From NCBI RefSeq assembly GCF_027921745.1, contig NC_079240.1:992001-1056000 (forward strand): a stretch of 64,000 nucleotides of DNA. Reading direction: 5' to 3'. Of this stretch, positions 46,992 through 58,318 are shown one piece after another. This stretch comes from Schizosaccharomyces osmophilus. Its lineage: Eukaryota. Every line of letters starts with the position of its first letter. Within the stretch, counting starts at the first letter, position 1. A program made the translations under genes and the position numbers. The notes beneath the pieces are model-generated. The model was given only the letters and a program-made list of their open reading frames with translations. It did no database searches and was not told the origin of the DNA.

Positions 46992-48353
46992 ATGGCCACT
47001 ACATTCTCATGTACAACTTGCCATGTAGCATTTCACAGTGCTGATTCTCAGAAAATCCATTGGAAATCTGATTGGCATCATTATAATTTGAAGAGAAAAG
47101 TGGCTAGCCTTCCTCCCTTGTCTGCTGAAGTCTTTGCTGAGAAAATTCTCTCTATCCAAAAACATAATGAAGCTGTTCAGAAAAAAGCTGAGTTTTATCG
47201 TGAGTGCAACTTTTGCAACAAAAACTTCTATTCAGAAGGCGCCTATTCTTCTCATTTGGCTTCAAAGAAGCATCGCGAAAGTGTTCGTAATTCTGAGATG
47301 AAGTCCCGTACGGACAATTTGAAACAAGATGAAACAAGCAGCGTCACCTCGTCAACCCTTTCTATGGGAGAACCTGTCGATGAAAGTGCTGGAGAAGAAG
47401 AACTTCAAAACTTGTCAAAACGCTTGGCATCTGAGTCGGTTTCAATCTCTGATCCTTCTTTGAGGAATGAATCCAACTCAAAGGATACTCCTCAAGCACA
47501 AGCATCCGCTTCAAAGGCACCCGCTGACCCAACTTCGGAAGACTTTGAAAAGGAACTCGCTCGTCGTGTAAGCCAAAAACTGGGTCTAAAAGACTGCCTC
47601 TTTTGTAATGCTTCTTTCTCTTCTTTTGAAGCAAGCAAGAAGCACATGAAAGCGATTCACAGCTTGTTCATTCCCGAACGAGAATTTGTTGTGGACGAAC
47701 CCGGACTGTTTGAATATTTAGCTGAAAAGGTTTCTATTGGTTACACTTGCTTAACATGCAACCGTCAATTCAAATCATTGGAGGCTGTTCGCTCTCACAT
47801 GCAGCAAAAAGGACATTTCTCTATTGCTTATGATACTGAGGAGGAACAACTTGAGCTTTCTGATTTCTACGATTTCACTGCTTCCTATCCTGAGTACGAC
47901 AAACCTCAAGAGATTATTGATGTAGAAAACGCAGAAAATGATGAGAATTGGGAAGACGCTTCCAGTGACTCTGACTCCAGTGTAGATAGCATGGATGTTG
48001 GTAGAGTGCCTATAGCTGACGAGTACGAACTTCATCTGCCCACTGGTGCTCGTGCCGGTCATCGTTCTTTGTCTCGTTATTTCCGTCAAAACATTCGTCC
48101 TCCCAGTACTACTGCCGTCGGTGATGGTGCTGCTGTTCATCAGAATGTTGCTAGACATGCCACCAGCGGAGAAGCGATGGCTCGCAGCCGCGCTGTGGAA
48201 AGTAGTCTTGCTGGTGTCAAAGACGGAAGGAAAAAATTCAGTGCCTCTCATATCAATACACACCAAGATCGTCAAAAGAAAGAGCGGTTTTTCACCAAAA
48301 TTGCCTATAAGAATAATACGAAGCGTCACTATCGGGATCCACTTTTGCAATAA
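46992..48353 (+). CDS. rei1: Pre-60S factor Rei1/ZNF622 (453 aa)
   Basis: Four C2H2 fingers; HWKSDWHHYNLKRKV; C-terminal HYRDPLLQ. Confidence 0.94.
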   Translation: MATTFSCTTCHVAFHSADSQKIHWKSDWHHYNLKRKVASLPPLSAEVFAEKILSIQKHNEAVQKKAEFYRECNFCNKNFYSEGAYSSHLASKKHRESVRNSEMKSRTDNLKQDETSSVTSSTLSMGEPVDESAGEEELQNLSKRLASESVSISDPSLRNESNSKDTPQAQASASKAPADPTSEDFEKELARRVSQKLGLKDCLFCNASFSSFEASKKHMKAIHSLFIPEREFVVDEPGLFEYLAEKVSIGYTCLTCNRQFKSLEAVRSHMQQKGHFSIAYDTEEEQLELSDFYDFTASYPEYDKPQEIIDVENAENDENWEDASSDSDSSVDSMDVGRVPIADEYELHLPTGARAGHRSLSRYFRQNIRPPSTTAVGDGAAVHQNVARHATSGEAMARSRAVESSLAGVKDGRKKFSASHINTHQDRQKKERFFTKIAYKNNTKRHYRDPLLQ

Positions 48354-48933
48354 TTTCTTGAAATCATTGTGTCTTTTTATAATATAATTTTGTTATGAAA
48401 GAAAAAAAAAGGGATCTATTTGGTTAGTAAAGCTTTATACTGGTATTGGTCTGTTTATGAATATCTTAGTTAGTTGGTTGATCTGAAAACACTGATGCTT
48501 GACTATGTTTTAGGATTTTTGATAAATATATATAAGTGCTCCTGTTAGCATAGACAAAGGCATCATTTGGTTTCATGTATCTTTTAATCCAATAACATCT
48601 ATAAAATGAGTCGTTTAAGTCGTTTATTTTAATTTAAAATAAAAATTATACATTATAAAGTAAGATCTAAGCTTCTTCTCAATTGAGCGAAGTATACCAA
48701 TGAACGTCAATTTCTTTGACTCACTTTTTGTTGGATGAAGACAAAAATTATTTCTTTGTAACAAAATTAAGGACTATATACCGCTTTGCTATACTAAGCA
48801 GAATAGTATAAAAAGAGCGACAATAAGATTTGATATAGCACGGATGAAGTGAGTATTTAGTCGCATGAAGTGAGAAATCTTCCAAAGGAAAGGGTATATG
48901 TAAAATAGCATATCAAAAAAAGTTTTAATTCTT

Positions 48934-51900
48934 TTAATCTTGAGACTCACTTAAGCGTTCAATGATCAAATCTTTCGCTTTAGCAGCTCCAGAGTGACTT
49001 CCCTGGATGACAATGATATCGACACCTGGTGTACGGGGAACGTCAATTTTAACTTGAGCAGCCTTGCGAATCTTGTTAATGGCGGAGCCACCAGCACCAA
49101 TAATATGGCGATGCAAGTTAGGAGGAACAGAAAGATAGCCAGTGCATTCTTCTTCAAGTTGCTTAAGGCTCTTTTCCAAAGCAGTAATGGCCTTTTCAAC
49201 GTTTTCCTTATGTCCTCTAATGGTCAGGGTTGAACTACCATCAGTATTCTTTTGCTTGGTAACCAACTTCCAAGGATAAGGGCCTTCTTCGTTATCCTCA
49301 AGCACAACTTCGGAACCTTCCAATTGTTTATTAACACCAGGTACGTCCACAAACACCTTGAGATCGTTGCGAAGTCTTCTGATAAATGGACCATTCGTTA
49401 ATCGCTCACACAAAATATTGGATACCTCAAGGGTTTCTGCGTATTGACTAGCAACTTTTTCTTGAATCATTTTAATAGCCTTATCACAGTTCTCGGGGCT
49501 ACCGATAATTGTAATCTTAACAAGTTGCTCAGGATCTAAAACATTGGGAATTGTAAGAGAAGTTGATGTTTTCTTTTCAATATCACGACGGCTGCTTCCC
49601 ATTCTTCCAATGATAGAACTGATGCTACGTTGAGGAACATCAACGGTTTTTTCAACTTGATTCTTAAGTTCCTCCACAATTTGCAAGAAACGAGATTCCA
49701 AAGCTTCAACAAGTTGCTTGTTGCCACGTAACACAACAGAATTGCGATCTTCGTCAGAACTGCCATTGGAAAAGCTTACAAGACGAGCAGTTTCGGCTTT
49801 GTCGGCTGTACCGCCGCATTCCTTGATAATTTCTTGTAAGTTACTTCCACTAGGACCAATAAGGAAACGGTGGTATTCACGATCAATTTTGACAACTTTC
49901 TCAACTTGATTTTTTATTTCGTCAGCAATAACTTTGATTTCCTGGATGGCACCTTGAACATTTTCTTTAGAACCTCGTACTGAAACATTAATTGCACCCT
50001 CAGACCTTTCGTCTCCAATATCAATTTTGACGTCGTGTTGAGCACGAATTTTTTCTACAGTAGCACCGTTCCGGCCAACGATTCTAGAAGCAGCCTTAGA
50101 AGGGATTTCTATTGCTTCGCTATAAGCAATAGATTTTTCATATTCATAAAGTTCAATGAGCTCTTGCTTAGCAGAAGCAACAGCCTTTTTGCTACCACGG
50201 ATGACAATTTCATCAGCTGATGAAGGTTTAGTAGCTTCACCTCCGGTAGCGCTCAAGTCGTCTTCACGAGGAAAACGAACACGGACAGTAAACTTTTCCT
50301 CCAAGCGTTTAACATATTTTCCGCTGGCACCAATAAGCTGGCGATGGAATTCATTGGGGATGGTAACCCGGATTATGGTATCATCCATGAGAGCTTGGAC
50401 TTGAGCTTCAATACGAGATTTAGTTTCTTCAACATTCTTTTTAATACCTTGAATGCGTACTTGTCCTTCTTCAACATTTATTTGAACACCAAAATCTTCT
50501 CGAAGAGTGGATACATTGCTTCCATTTTTGCCGATAATATTCTTTGAATATTGAGCGGGAAAATTAAATTCAGCAACGTATGAGTGAAGAATCTCATGAT
50601 TCTTTGCATCTCTGACTAGTTGTTTTATTTCATTGGTGATACGTTGAACGTCGTTCGAAAATCCTCGAACATAGACATCATCATCAGTAGAGTCAGAGCG
50701 ATAAGAGACCTTACCAAGCTGAACGATAACATTTTCCTCAGAGTTACCAAGGATTGCCTTCAGCGTAGTACCCTTTGGTCCCACTATATGCTTATGATAA
50801 ACAGAAGGTACTTGGAAAGTTTCAGAGACAATCTTAGCGGAGGCATCAGCAGAAGATTTAATGCGTTCACCCAAAGTTGCCAATTCTTCTTGAATCTGTT
50901 CAGGAAGCTTTTCATCAGCCGATCCAGTAAAACAAAGAATGACACTTGAGTCATCCTCACCATTATCACCGATGAGCAATTCGACGCTATGATCAGCTCT
51001 GAGCTTTTGCAAATTTTTACCTTTAGATCCGATAACATAACGCTGCAAGAGAGGATCAATCTCTACATTATAAAATTTATGAGGAGGAAACTGCCCAATA
51101 ATCTTAATCAACGTAGCACGAGCGTTGAGAACGTTCTCACCGTCTTTACTAGAAATTTCAACGATGACAGATTTATTAGTAGGTTCCTGGAGCTCTTCAC
51201 GCTTGGGAAGATGGAATTGAACTTTCAAGGCATTCTCATATTGAGAAAGGAACTTTGAGCGAATGAAAAATCTTGCAAGCAGGTTAGCATGGCTAAAAGG
51301 ATCCTTCAAAGAAGTGAAGACATTGGAAACATTGACAGCATCAATGACTGTAGAGTTAGCACGCTCCATCGTCATTTTAATACCATCACTAATATTCATT
51401 GCAGGGCCACGAACACTGACAATGTCTGATTCGCTATTGATAGGAGGGAGTATAACTGAACAGCCAGTGCTTCTCAAAATATCTTGAATACCAGCACTCT
51501 TTTCTCCGTTAATAAACCGATGTTGACGACGAGGGACAGGAATCATAGTGGGAATTGTAGTACGAGCTAATTCCTCAGCCTTTCCTTGTAAGAAAAGAGC
51601 ACATTCACGAACGCAAGACTTTTCGCCAAATAAGACAATGGGATTAACTGGCAAATTGCTGTCGGAGTATGCAAATGGTATTTGGACTTTCAGATCTTTG
51701 CCCTGTTCGTATTCGGCAATATTTGAACCATCGGCTCCACGAAGCAAATTGTACAAATCGGTAGGAATTGTGTTAATGCGAATAGTAGTATGACTAGTGC
51801 GTTCGTTTATTATAGATTCAATTTCTTTTTTGGCGAGTTCAGCGCCTTCAAAGTCGCCTTCAATGGTAACGGAAGTCAAATCGTACTGAGGTTCCATTTC

Positions 51901-52818
51901 GTCCAATGAAGTTGGAGAAGAGAGTGTGGACTTTTCGTTCTTCGTAAAGCTATCATTGTCATCAGCGGCAGATGAGTTGCGCTTTGGGATTTGAATTCGG
52001 GTGCCGGTACGGTCCATGATGGTCTTGAGGTTCTGACCATTGGAACCGATAACAGCACCGACAACAAAGACAGGGCAAGGAACAATAATGGTGTTTCGAC
52101 GACCGATGGACCTGATGATTTGTCTGTGGGCTGCCTTGACAGAAGCAACTTTACCTTGAATTAAAAAGGTGGTATTTTTCGTCTTGGATGCAGTTGAGAC
52201 ATTTATACGGGTAGAGGTTTGCAGCATAATTGTACGGACAATATCGGCAACAGAGTTTGGTTTTCCAGTAAACGAAAGGCGAGATATTTGCTGGTCAGGA
52301 CCCAAAATCAAAGTGTCTGTCATATAATCCGTTTCTTTGGAAGTAGAAGCGGTCCTGCTAGAAGAAGTAGGTGAGTTAGCTGAAGAAGCGGTATCATCGT
52401 TAGCTGCTGAGCCAACGCCAGCTGCCTTTCGAACCCAAGAAGGATTCTTTGGTTTATTAGTGTTGACTTTGGGCGAAAGGGTAGGAAATGCAGCCTCTGA
52501 ATGCACATCAACAGCGGGTTTTTGCGATGTGCTTCTTAATGAAGCAGGTTTTGAGTGGTTCTCAACCGCATGCTTCTTCTGTAATAACGCAGAAGGAGGA
52601 AGATTTTCGGTTTCTTCTTGTGAAGGCACAGCGGCAGTTGCATTGTCTAAGGTTTCATGCTTCACACCACTGATTTCGGAAACGTTGGATGCGAGTGATC
52701 CATCATACTGTACCTTTAAGTCTTCATTACCGGCAGCTGGGAAACCGGAGGAGGCGTTCGTAGCTTCGATATTGTTCGTAGTCATGGTGAATTGTTCGGA
52801 AGTAAAGAGATTTTCCAT
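48934..52818 (-). CDS. vgl1: Vigilin (multi-KH RNA-binding protein; 1294 aa)
   Basis: Many IIGxxG KH repeats; N-terminal SEAAFPTL motif. Confidence 0.95.
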   Translation of the reverse strand: MENLFTSEQFTMTTNNIEATNASSGFPAAGNEDLKVQYDGSLASNVSEISGVKHETLDNATAAVPSQEETENLPPSALLQKKHAVENHSKPASLRSTSQKPAVDVHSEAAFPTLSPKVNTNKPKNPSWVRKAAGVGSAANDDTASSANSPTSSSRTASTSKETDYMTDTLILGPDQQISRLSFTGKPNSVADIVRTIMLQTSTRINVSTASKTKNTTFLIQGKVASVKAAHRQIIRSIGRRNTIIVPCPVFVVGAVIGSNGQNLKTIMDRTGTRIQIPKRNSSAADDNDSFTKNEKSTLSSPTSLDEMEPQYDLTSVTIEGDFEGAELAKKEIESIINERTSHTTIRINTIPTDLYNLLRGADGSNIAEYEQGKDLKVQIPFAYSDSNLPVNPIVLFGEKSCVRECALFLQGKAEELARTTIPTMIPVPRRQHRFINGEKSAGIQDILRSTGCSVILPPINSESDIVSVRGPAMNISDGIKMTMERANSTVIDAVNVSNVFTSLKDPFSHANLLARFFIRSKFLSQYENALKVQFHLPKREELQEPTNKSVIVEISSKDGENVLNARATLIKIIGQFPPHKFYNVEIDPLLQRYVIGSKGKNLQKLRADHSVELLIGDNGEDDSSVILCFTGSADEKLPEQIQEELATLGERIKSSADASAKIVSETFQVPSVYHKHIVGPKGTTLKAILGNSEENVIVQLGKVSYRSDSTDDDVYVRGFSNDVQRITNEIKQLVRDAKNHEILHSYVAEFNFPAQYSKNIIGKNGSNVSTLREDFGVQINVEEGQVRIQGIKKNVEETKSRIEAQVQALMDDTIIRVTIPNEFHRQLIGASGKYVKRLEEKFTVRVRFPREDDLSATGGEATKPSSADEIVIRGSKKAVASAKQELIELYEYEKSIAYSEAIEIPSKAASRIVGRNGATVEKIRAQHDVKIDIGDERSEGAINVSVRGSKENVQGAIQEIKVIADEIKNQVEKVVKIDREYHRFLIGPSGSNLQEIIKECGGTADKAETARLVSFSNGSSDEDRNSVVLRGNKQLVEALESRFLQIVEELKNQVEKTVDVPQRSISSIIGRMGSSRRDIEKKTSTSLTIPNVLDPEQLVKITIIGSPENCDKAIKMIQEKVASQYAETLEVSNILCERLTNGPFIRRLRNDLKVFVDVPGVNKQLEGSEVVLEDNEEGPYPWKLVTKQKNTDGSSTLTIRGHKENVEKAITALEKSLKQLEEECTGYLSVPPNLHRHIIGAGGSAINKIRKAAQVKIDVPRTPGVDIIVIQGSHSGAAKAKDLIIERLSESQD

Positions 52819-53846
52819 AAATCAGGTTCCAGAAAGTGTATCCAATAAGAGAATGACTGGTTAAAAAGCAAAAAGTAAATCGTTGAGACTCCAAACGAGA
52901 TTAAGTCGCAATGTTCTTTATGAAATGTACTATGTTTTTACACAAATATTCCTTTGAGCGTCAAGGCGCTATAAGTAGAAGTAAAGAAAGAAGTAAGAAG
53001 TTGACGACTGAATCTTGTACTGTTTCAGTCTGATTATTTCTACGAATAAAGTCGCGTCGACTATGGATATTCGTTCAGTGCAAGCCTTATTCTCTGGTGT
53101 TCTATACTACTGGTGTACTGAAATAGCGATCGATAACGAGGACTGGCGTTGTCTTTTTAAATAGTATTAATAAACAAAGTCCTTGGTTTTCATTCTTATA
53201 TGATAATGTTTCGTTTGGTCTTGGCTTTTGTAGAATAATAGAATGCTTATAAAAATCCTGTATTCGGAACTAGCAGAATACAAAAAGTTACGACATTGAT
53301 GCAGACTACTACTCTCGATACTTTCAAATACTTATCATCAAGTTGTTCCTACACGAGATATTTTTCCCTAATTGCCTGCATATTCAATAGATATACAAGT
53401 GTATTGCTTTTCAGCTATGGAAACATGCTACAATCGATGAGCATGTATATTGTAAGCTGACTTTTGAAGGCAAAAGTCAAATTGCCAAATAAGGATTGTA
53501 ATCCTTATAGCATCCTATGAATAATCCCATATTCATTAAAAGAAAATAGATATAAATTGTTCGTTAAGTCTTCGAAAAGATAGACGGTTTGTTAAATCAC
53601 AGAGATAGAATCGTAACCACTGTTAGATCAGGAAATACGTATATATAGTTATATTAGATAAAAGAATGAATGCATGTAGAAAAGGAATCGACAAAGCACC
53701 GATGTAAAACTCCAACTTTACCATTGTGTTTCAAATCAAGAATTTAATAGTTCAACACAATATTTAAACATAGAAAAAGCGACGAAACTCTAACCCAGAC
53801 TAAGATAAAATGGCATAAATGTATAGATCAACCATGCTTGAGATTT

Positions 53847-55496
53847 TCACAGCGGACGAAAAGGTCGCTGCACGAGCTCAAATAGTTCATCCAATTCTTT
53901 AAAATTTTCATCATTCTCAGCAAATTTCCGATGACGCCTACCTCGAATATGCATTTCAAAGTTGTCAAACTTTTCTCGGCAATTTTCGCAATACCCAGGT
54001 TTTGGGTCAATCTTAATTTTTCTCTGATTAGCATTTTGAAGCATACTCTTGTAACCCTGTTCTTTGTTTGGTGCCCCGGATTTCTGTTGAATTATTCTTT
54101 TCTTAAGTTCATTAATGTCTCGTCCATTGATGGCAACAACAGGAACACCTGCTGCGCTTCCTGAACGAATATTAGAATTATTGGACATTGTCGCTGAAGT
54201 AAGGTTAGACTGAACGATACCAGAAGCTTGCATGCCATCATCGAGCATGCGATACGGTTTTGGTTTCGCTGAAGGTTGCTCCTGTTGATGGTATCCTGTA
54301 TTTGCATTCGGCAAAGGAGCACTTTCAGGATTGATAGACACACTATTTGAGTTTGATGTAGAAGCAACATTGTTAGATAGTAATGGAATAGATAGCTTGA
54401 AAGAATTAGCTCGTGAAAGTGTCGTAGGCGGTTGCTGAGAACACTGTATTTGTATGCGTTGCTGCTGTTCTTGTGATTGATCTTGCTTAGCTTTTGCTGC
54501 CGCTGCCGCTGCCGTATGTGCATTAATACTCAATCGCTGTTTGTTTTCGGGCACAAACGGGCATCTACCTATACTGGTTGCACGAAACGTGGGCCATGGT
54601 ACGTCCTTATCGTTTGAAGGCTTAGGCCATTCTCTTAGAAGAATAGGCTTGTAAGTACTTGCGATATCGTGAACATATAGATAAGGGCCCTTGAAATGAA
54701 CAAAGTCTTGCCTTGGTACAGACAAATCACGCTCATTTGTACCCTGGACCTTTTCGACATAAAGCAGATAACTTAAATCATTTCCTTGCTTTTGCGAAGA
54801 ACTAGCAGCAAATGGATCTTCTTCCAAAAGCGTTTTAAGCACTCGGTTGCACAATTTTTCCATGCTCCAGATCTTCATATTCAGTTGACGTGCCTTGGTA
54901 AGCACGTCTTGTTTAGAATTTTTTGCTGCTATGTCTTGTATAGATCTTGTCGTAACCACATGAGTGACATTACCAGAAAAAAAAGTCTCTACATGGCCCC
55001 CTAATTGAACTATTTGACGCTTAACTCGTTGCTGAAGATTAGAATCAAATCCATCTAAATAAAAACGGAAATTCGGAAATGCCTTTTTGTATTGCCGTTT
55101 CCATTCCATCAACTTAGCCTTTTGGGAAGCCGACTTTGCCGTAGCTAATTTCGTGGCATCGGCTCCATCGTTTTTTAATTCTTCATTGATTGGTTCAAGT
55201 GTCTTCATATGAGGGACTTCTTTAGTGATAGATTCATCATGTTTTACTCGCTTTACTGACTTCCGATATGATTTAGGAGTCGTAACCTTCTGATGTTTCG
55301 GGGTTGTAGTTACTGAATTCTCATTATTTATTTCGATTTCAGGTGAAGAGACACTTTCCTCTAAAGCATGAGACCTTTTTTGCTCGACCGCAGCGTCCTC
55401 TGTCACTGAAGCGGCCTTTTGTTTCACAACACCTTCATGTTTCTGGGGAATTATATTTGCCGATCGAGGTGCAAGAGGGCATCTTTCGAAATTCAT
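53847..55496 (-). CDS. dfp1: DDK regulatory subunit Dfp1/Him1 (Dbf4 family; 549 aa)
   Basis: Motif N (FRFYLD..VTHVVT), motif M (GPYLYVHD..PILLREW), motif C zinc finger (KPGYCENC..HIRGRRH). Confidence 0.94.
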   Translation of the reverse strand: MNFERCPLAPRSANIIPQKHEGVVKQKAASVTEDAAVEQKRSHALEESVSSPEIEINNENSVTTTPKHQKVTTPKSYRKSVKRVKHDESITKEVPHMKTLEPINEELKNDGADATKLATAKSASQKAKLMEWKRQYKKAFPNFRFYLDGFDSNLQQRVKRQIVQLGGHVETFFSGNVTHVVTTRSIQDIAAKNSKQDVLTKARQLNMKIWSMEKLCNRVLKTLLEEDPFAASSSQKQGNDLSYLLYVEKVQGTNERDLSVPRQDFVHFKGPYLYVHDIASTYKPILLREWPKPSNDKDVPWPTFRATSIGRCPFVPENKQRLSINAHTAAAAAAKAKQDQSQEQQQRIQIQCSQQPPTTLSRANSFKLSIPLLSNNVASTSNSNSVSINPESAPLPNANTGYHQQEQPSAKPKPYRMLDDGMQASGIVQSNLTSATMSNNSNIRSGSAAGVPVVAINGRDINELKKRIIQQKSGAPNKEQGYKSMLQNANQRKIKIDPKPGYCENCREKFDNFEMHIRGRRHRKFAENDENFKELDELFELVQRPFRPL

Positions 55497-55852
55497 AAGA
55501 TATTTTGGTCTTCTTTATAATATGACACAAATATCCCCAAATATATGTGCCAACTTTGGTTGTTTTCTTGTTTGTTTATATTTAGAATGGTGGTTGTAGT
55601 GGAAAGCTTCAATGTTATAGTACAACACCCTTCGTATATAAAAGTAACATATGTTAGGTAACAAATTTTTAAAGACCTCCCTATCGCATATATAATATTC
55701 AATTGCTTTTCTTAAAAGTTTTATAAGAAGGTTCATAAATAGAAATTTCTTATAACTCACACTTTTACGAAACCATAGAATGAAGATCAACAAACTTCAG
55801 TTTACATTTCTAGGAACTATATAATGATCTATATAATATCGATAGCGGATTG

Positions 55853-55876
55853 ACGCGACGCGTCGCGTTTGTTTAC
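55853..55876. promoter_or_regulatory. Palindromic triple MCB plus abutting forkhead site upstream of dfp1
   Basis: ACGCGACGCGTCGCGT (perfect 16-bp palindrome) followed by TTGTTTAC. Confidence 0.8.
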
Positions 55877-56409
55877 ATTTTCCTTCGAGGTGAGAGCTGT
55901 GACTGTTTTTCAGTCATATATTCAAAAAAGTAACCCATCGTTTCACTCGTTCTTTTACCATAAACTATCTTCATATCGCAAAAGGAATGATTTAGAAATC
56001 TTTGTGCTATTTCAATGTTGAATTGGTATGTTTTACGATGCAGGAAGTAGCATGAAATGATGTTATAAAAATCGATTAGTCTTGAAGACAAATCCCATGG
56101 TTATTTTATGTATTCACACACTGATCACTGATGTTACTTCAAATAATATTTTGAACTTGTTTACTAATTATTAGGAGAACCATTTGATGCAATATGAGGT
56201 TGGAAAGGAGCTTTAGATAATGCACCTATAGCGTAGGGTAGTTAATAGATGGATTGGAATCGATAACATTGAAAGTGGTATACTTTGAGTTTTGTATTAT
56301 AAAACATTGAACAGTGTGTTCAGTCTATAAAGTAAAAAGGTATTATTATTACAGCTGGTAATCTCATTAAATGTGCTACCAGGTTTGAATCATTCGCATA
56401 ACCTCATGT

Positions 56410-57835
56410 CTATTTCCTTCTATACAGAATGTTTGGGCCATGCTCAAGATATTCTGACTTAGAGATACTATTAGCATTCCAATATTTACCAGGCATGTGG
56501 GCTCCGCGGTTCCAAGCATATGTGGATGGACTAGAGTAGTTTAGTAAAAAGTACATCTCATACTCACAAAAAAAAAAAAAAAAAAAAAAAACTTACTTGG
56601 ACGGTTGAAAAACACGAAGGTCTATGTCTTCTGGCGAAAGTGATCGTAACTCAGCTTCCAACCGCTGATGGAATCCTGGAAATTTACAGTTTCCGCCTAT
56701 GGTAACGATATTACCTAGAAGCAATGCCCCAATTTCTTCGGGAAAGCCTTGTACACTTTGCATGACAGCTTCAGGAATGCCGGCTTCCTGTAAACCAACA
56801 TCAGATGGAGAAAATAAAAGTTCCGGACTAGCGAATCGCTCATTAGCAAGTTTTAAAACCTGCTGGTCGATAATTTTGTTCAAGTCTTTGACTACATGTC
56901 CAAACTTGCCGGAACTGTAGTCTGGCAGGGCATACAGAATGTCATATTTAGACTTTGGCTTCGTCTGCGCAAGATTCAGGTCTTGCGCAAAGTTTTGGGA
57001 GACAAAGCATACCGACTCTTTGATTTCATTCATTAAATAGGTCTCTTCCATCATGTTATATTTACGATAAGAAATAACTTCTTTTAAAAAATTGGTCAAA
57101 AATCTGCCCCCAACATCAATTCTGCGTACGGCATTCTCTTGAACTTGAGAATCAATGACGGGGATAATATGGGTAAAGCTATAGCCAGAATCAATTACTA
57201 AAATGCATTCACCATGTGCATCTTTGTAAGAAGCTTCATCGCCCTTTGTGAAGCATTCATGATCCCATGAGATTAATTCCGCCGGCGTACATGCAAAATA
57301 TGCATCAAACCCAAACTCTTCAAAAACCAGCTGAATCGTGTTGAGTTCTATAGAAGGCATCGTAAACGGAGGCTGTGTTAATATCAATGAATAACCGTCC
57401 ATACTAGGTTCAGTGATGCCCAACCGCCGCATCACTTGATCCCATACAGCTGTCTCTGTACTCCAGTTTACAAGATATCCCTGTATGTTAGTATAAGTAA
57501 CAAGATGTAATGAATTTCAATTTTCTTCCTCCTTGAATGCGGTTCTCTTGAGCACCACGTTCGGTGTACATACTTTTTCATGCGCTCTACGAAACTGTAA
57601 TGTGGTAAAATCATTACAATTCGATAATTCGTCTCCTAAAAACAAGCGATTCCCATCCTTTGACTTTGTAAGGCAATTAGGTATTTCTCTGCAAAAGTAT
57701 GTTAAAGAAACTAGTCTGGCGATCAATCTATTTAACTGTTTTTTCTTACAGAACATTCCCACCAGCAAATCCTGCTTTCACATTATAAGCGCCATTGTCT
57801 AATACAATAGTTTTGGCAGGTAGCCCATTGTTCAT
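56410..57835 (-). CDS. arp6: Actin-related protein Arp6 (SWR1 complex; 401 aa); exons 57835-57750, 57688-57574, 57480-56597, 56530-56410
   Basis: [36 protein letters not shown]; three canonical introns give a 1206-nt frame. Confidence 0.94.
56568..56591. repeat. A24 homopolymer (U24 in arp6 intron 3)
   Basis: 24 consecutive A on the + strand, directly adjoining the minus-strand splice donor. Confidence 0.9.
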
Positions 57836-58318
57836 GGCGGTTTGAATGGTTCTAAATCACTGATCCTTGGTGGTAGTAAGTGCCCTGTGTATGTATGTAT
57901 AAGACTTAAGGGTGAAAGGTGTAACAGCTTCATTGTGCTAGGATTGAAAACATTGGGTTGTTTTTATTGCAAAACCTTTTTGAAATAAAATAAAATAAAA
58001 TAAAATGGATGGAGCGAAAGACGAGATTTCTACAATAATTCAACAACTATACTAACTTTGAGTTACTTGCACTTACAAATCTTATACATTATTAGAAGAG
58101 TTATCAAATTGTATTAGATGAAGAATTTCTTTTACCTTCTGTTTCTATCAGAAATAGCCAGTTTTACCAAGTATGAAGCAAAAGGTAATCAAATATAAGT
58201 CACAACAAAAGACTGCAAAACACATTGAAACGTTGAAAACAATAACAATTAAATAAATTTTTCCGATACCAAAGACCCAATTTTTGTTTTTAGTTCAAAA
58301 CCATTAGAACTTCAGAAA

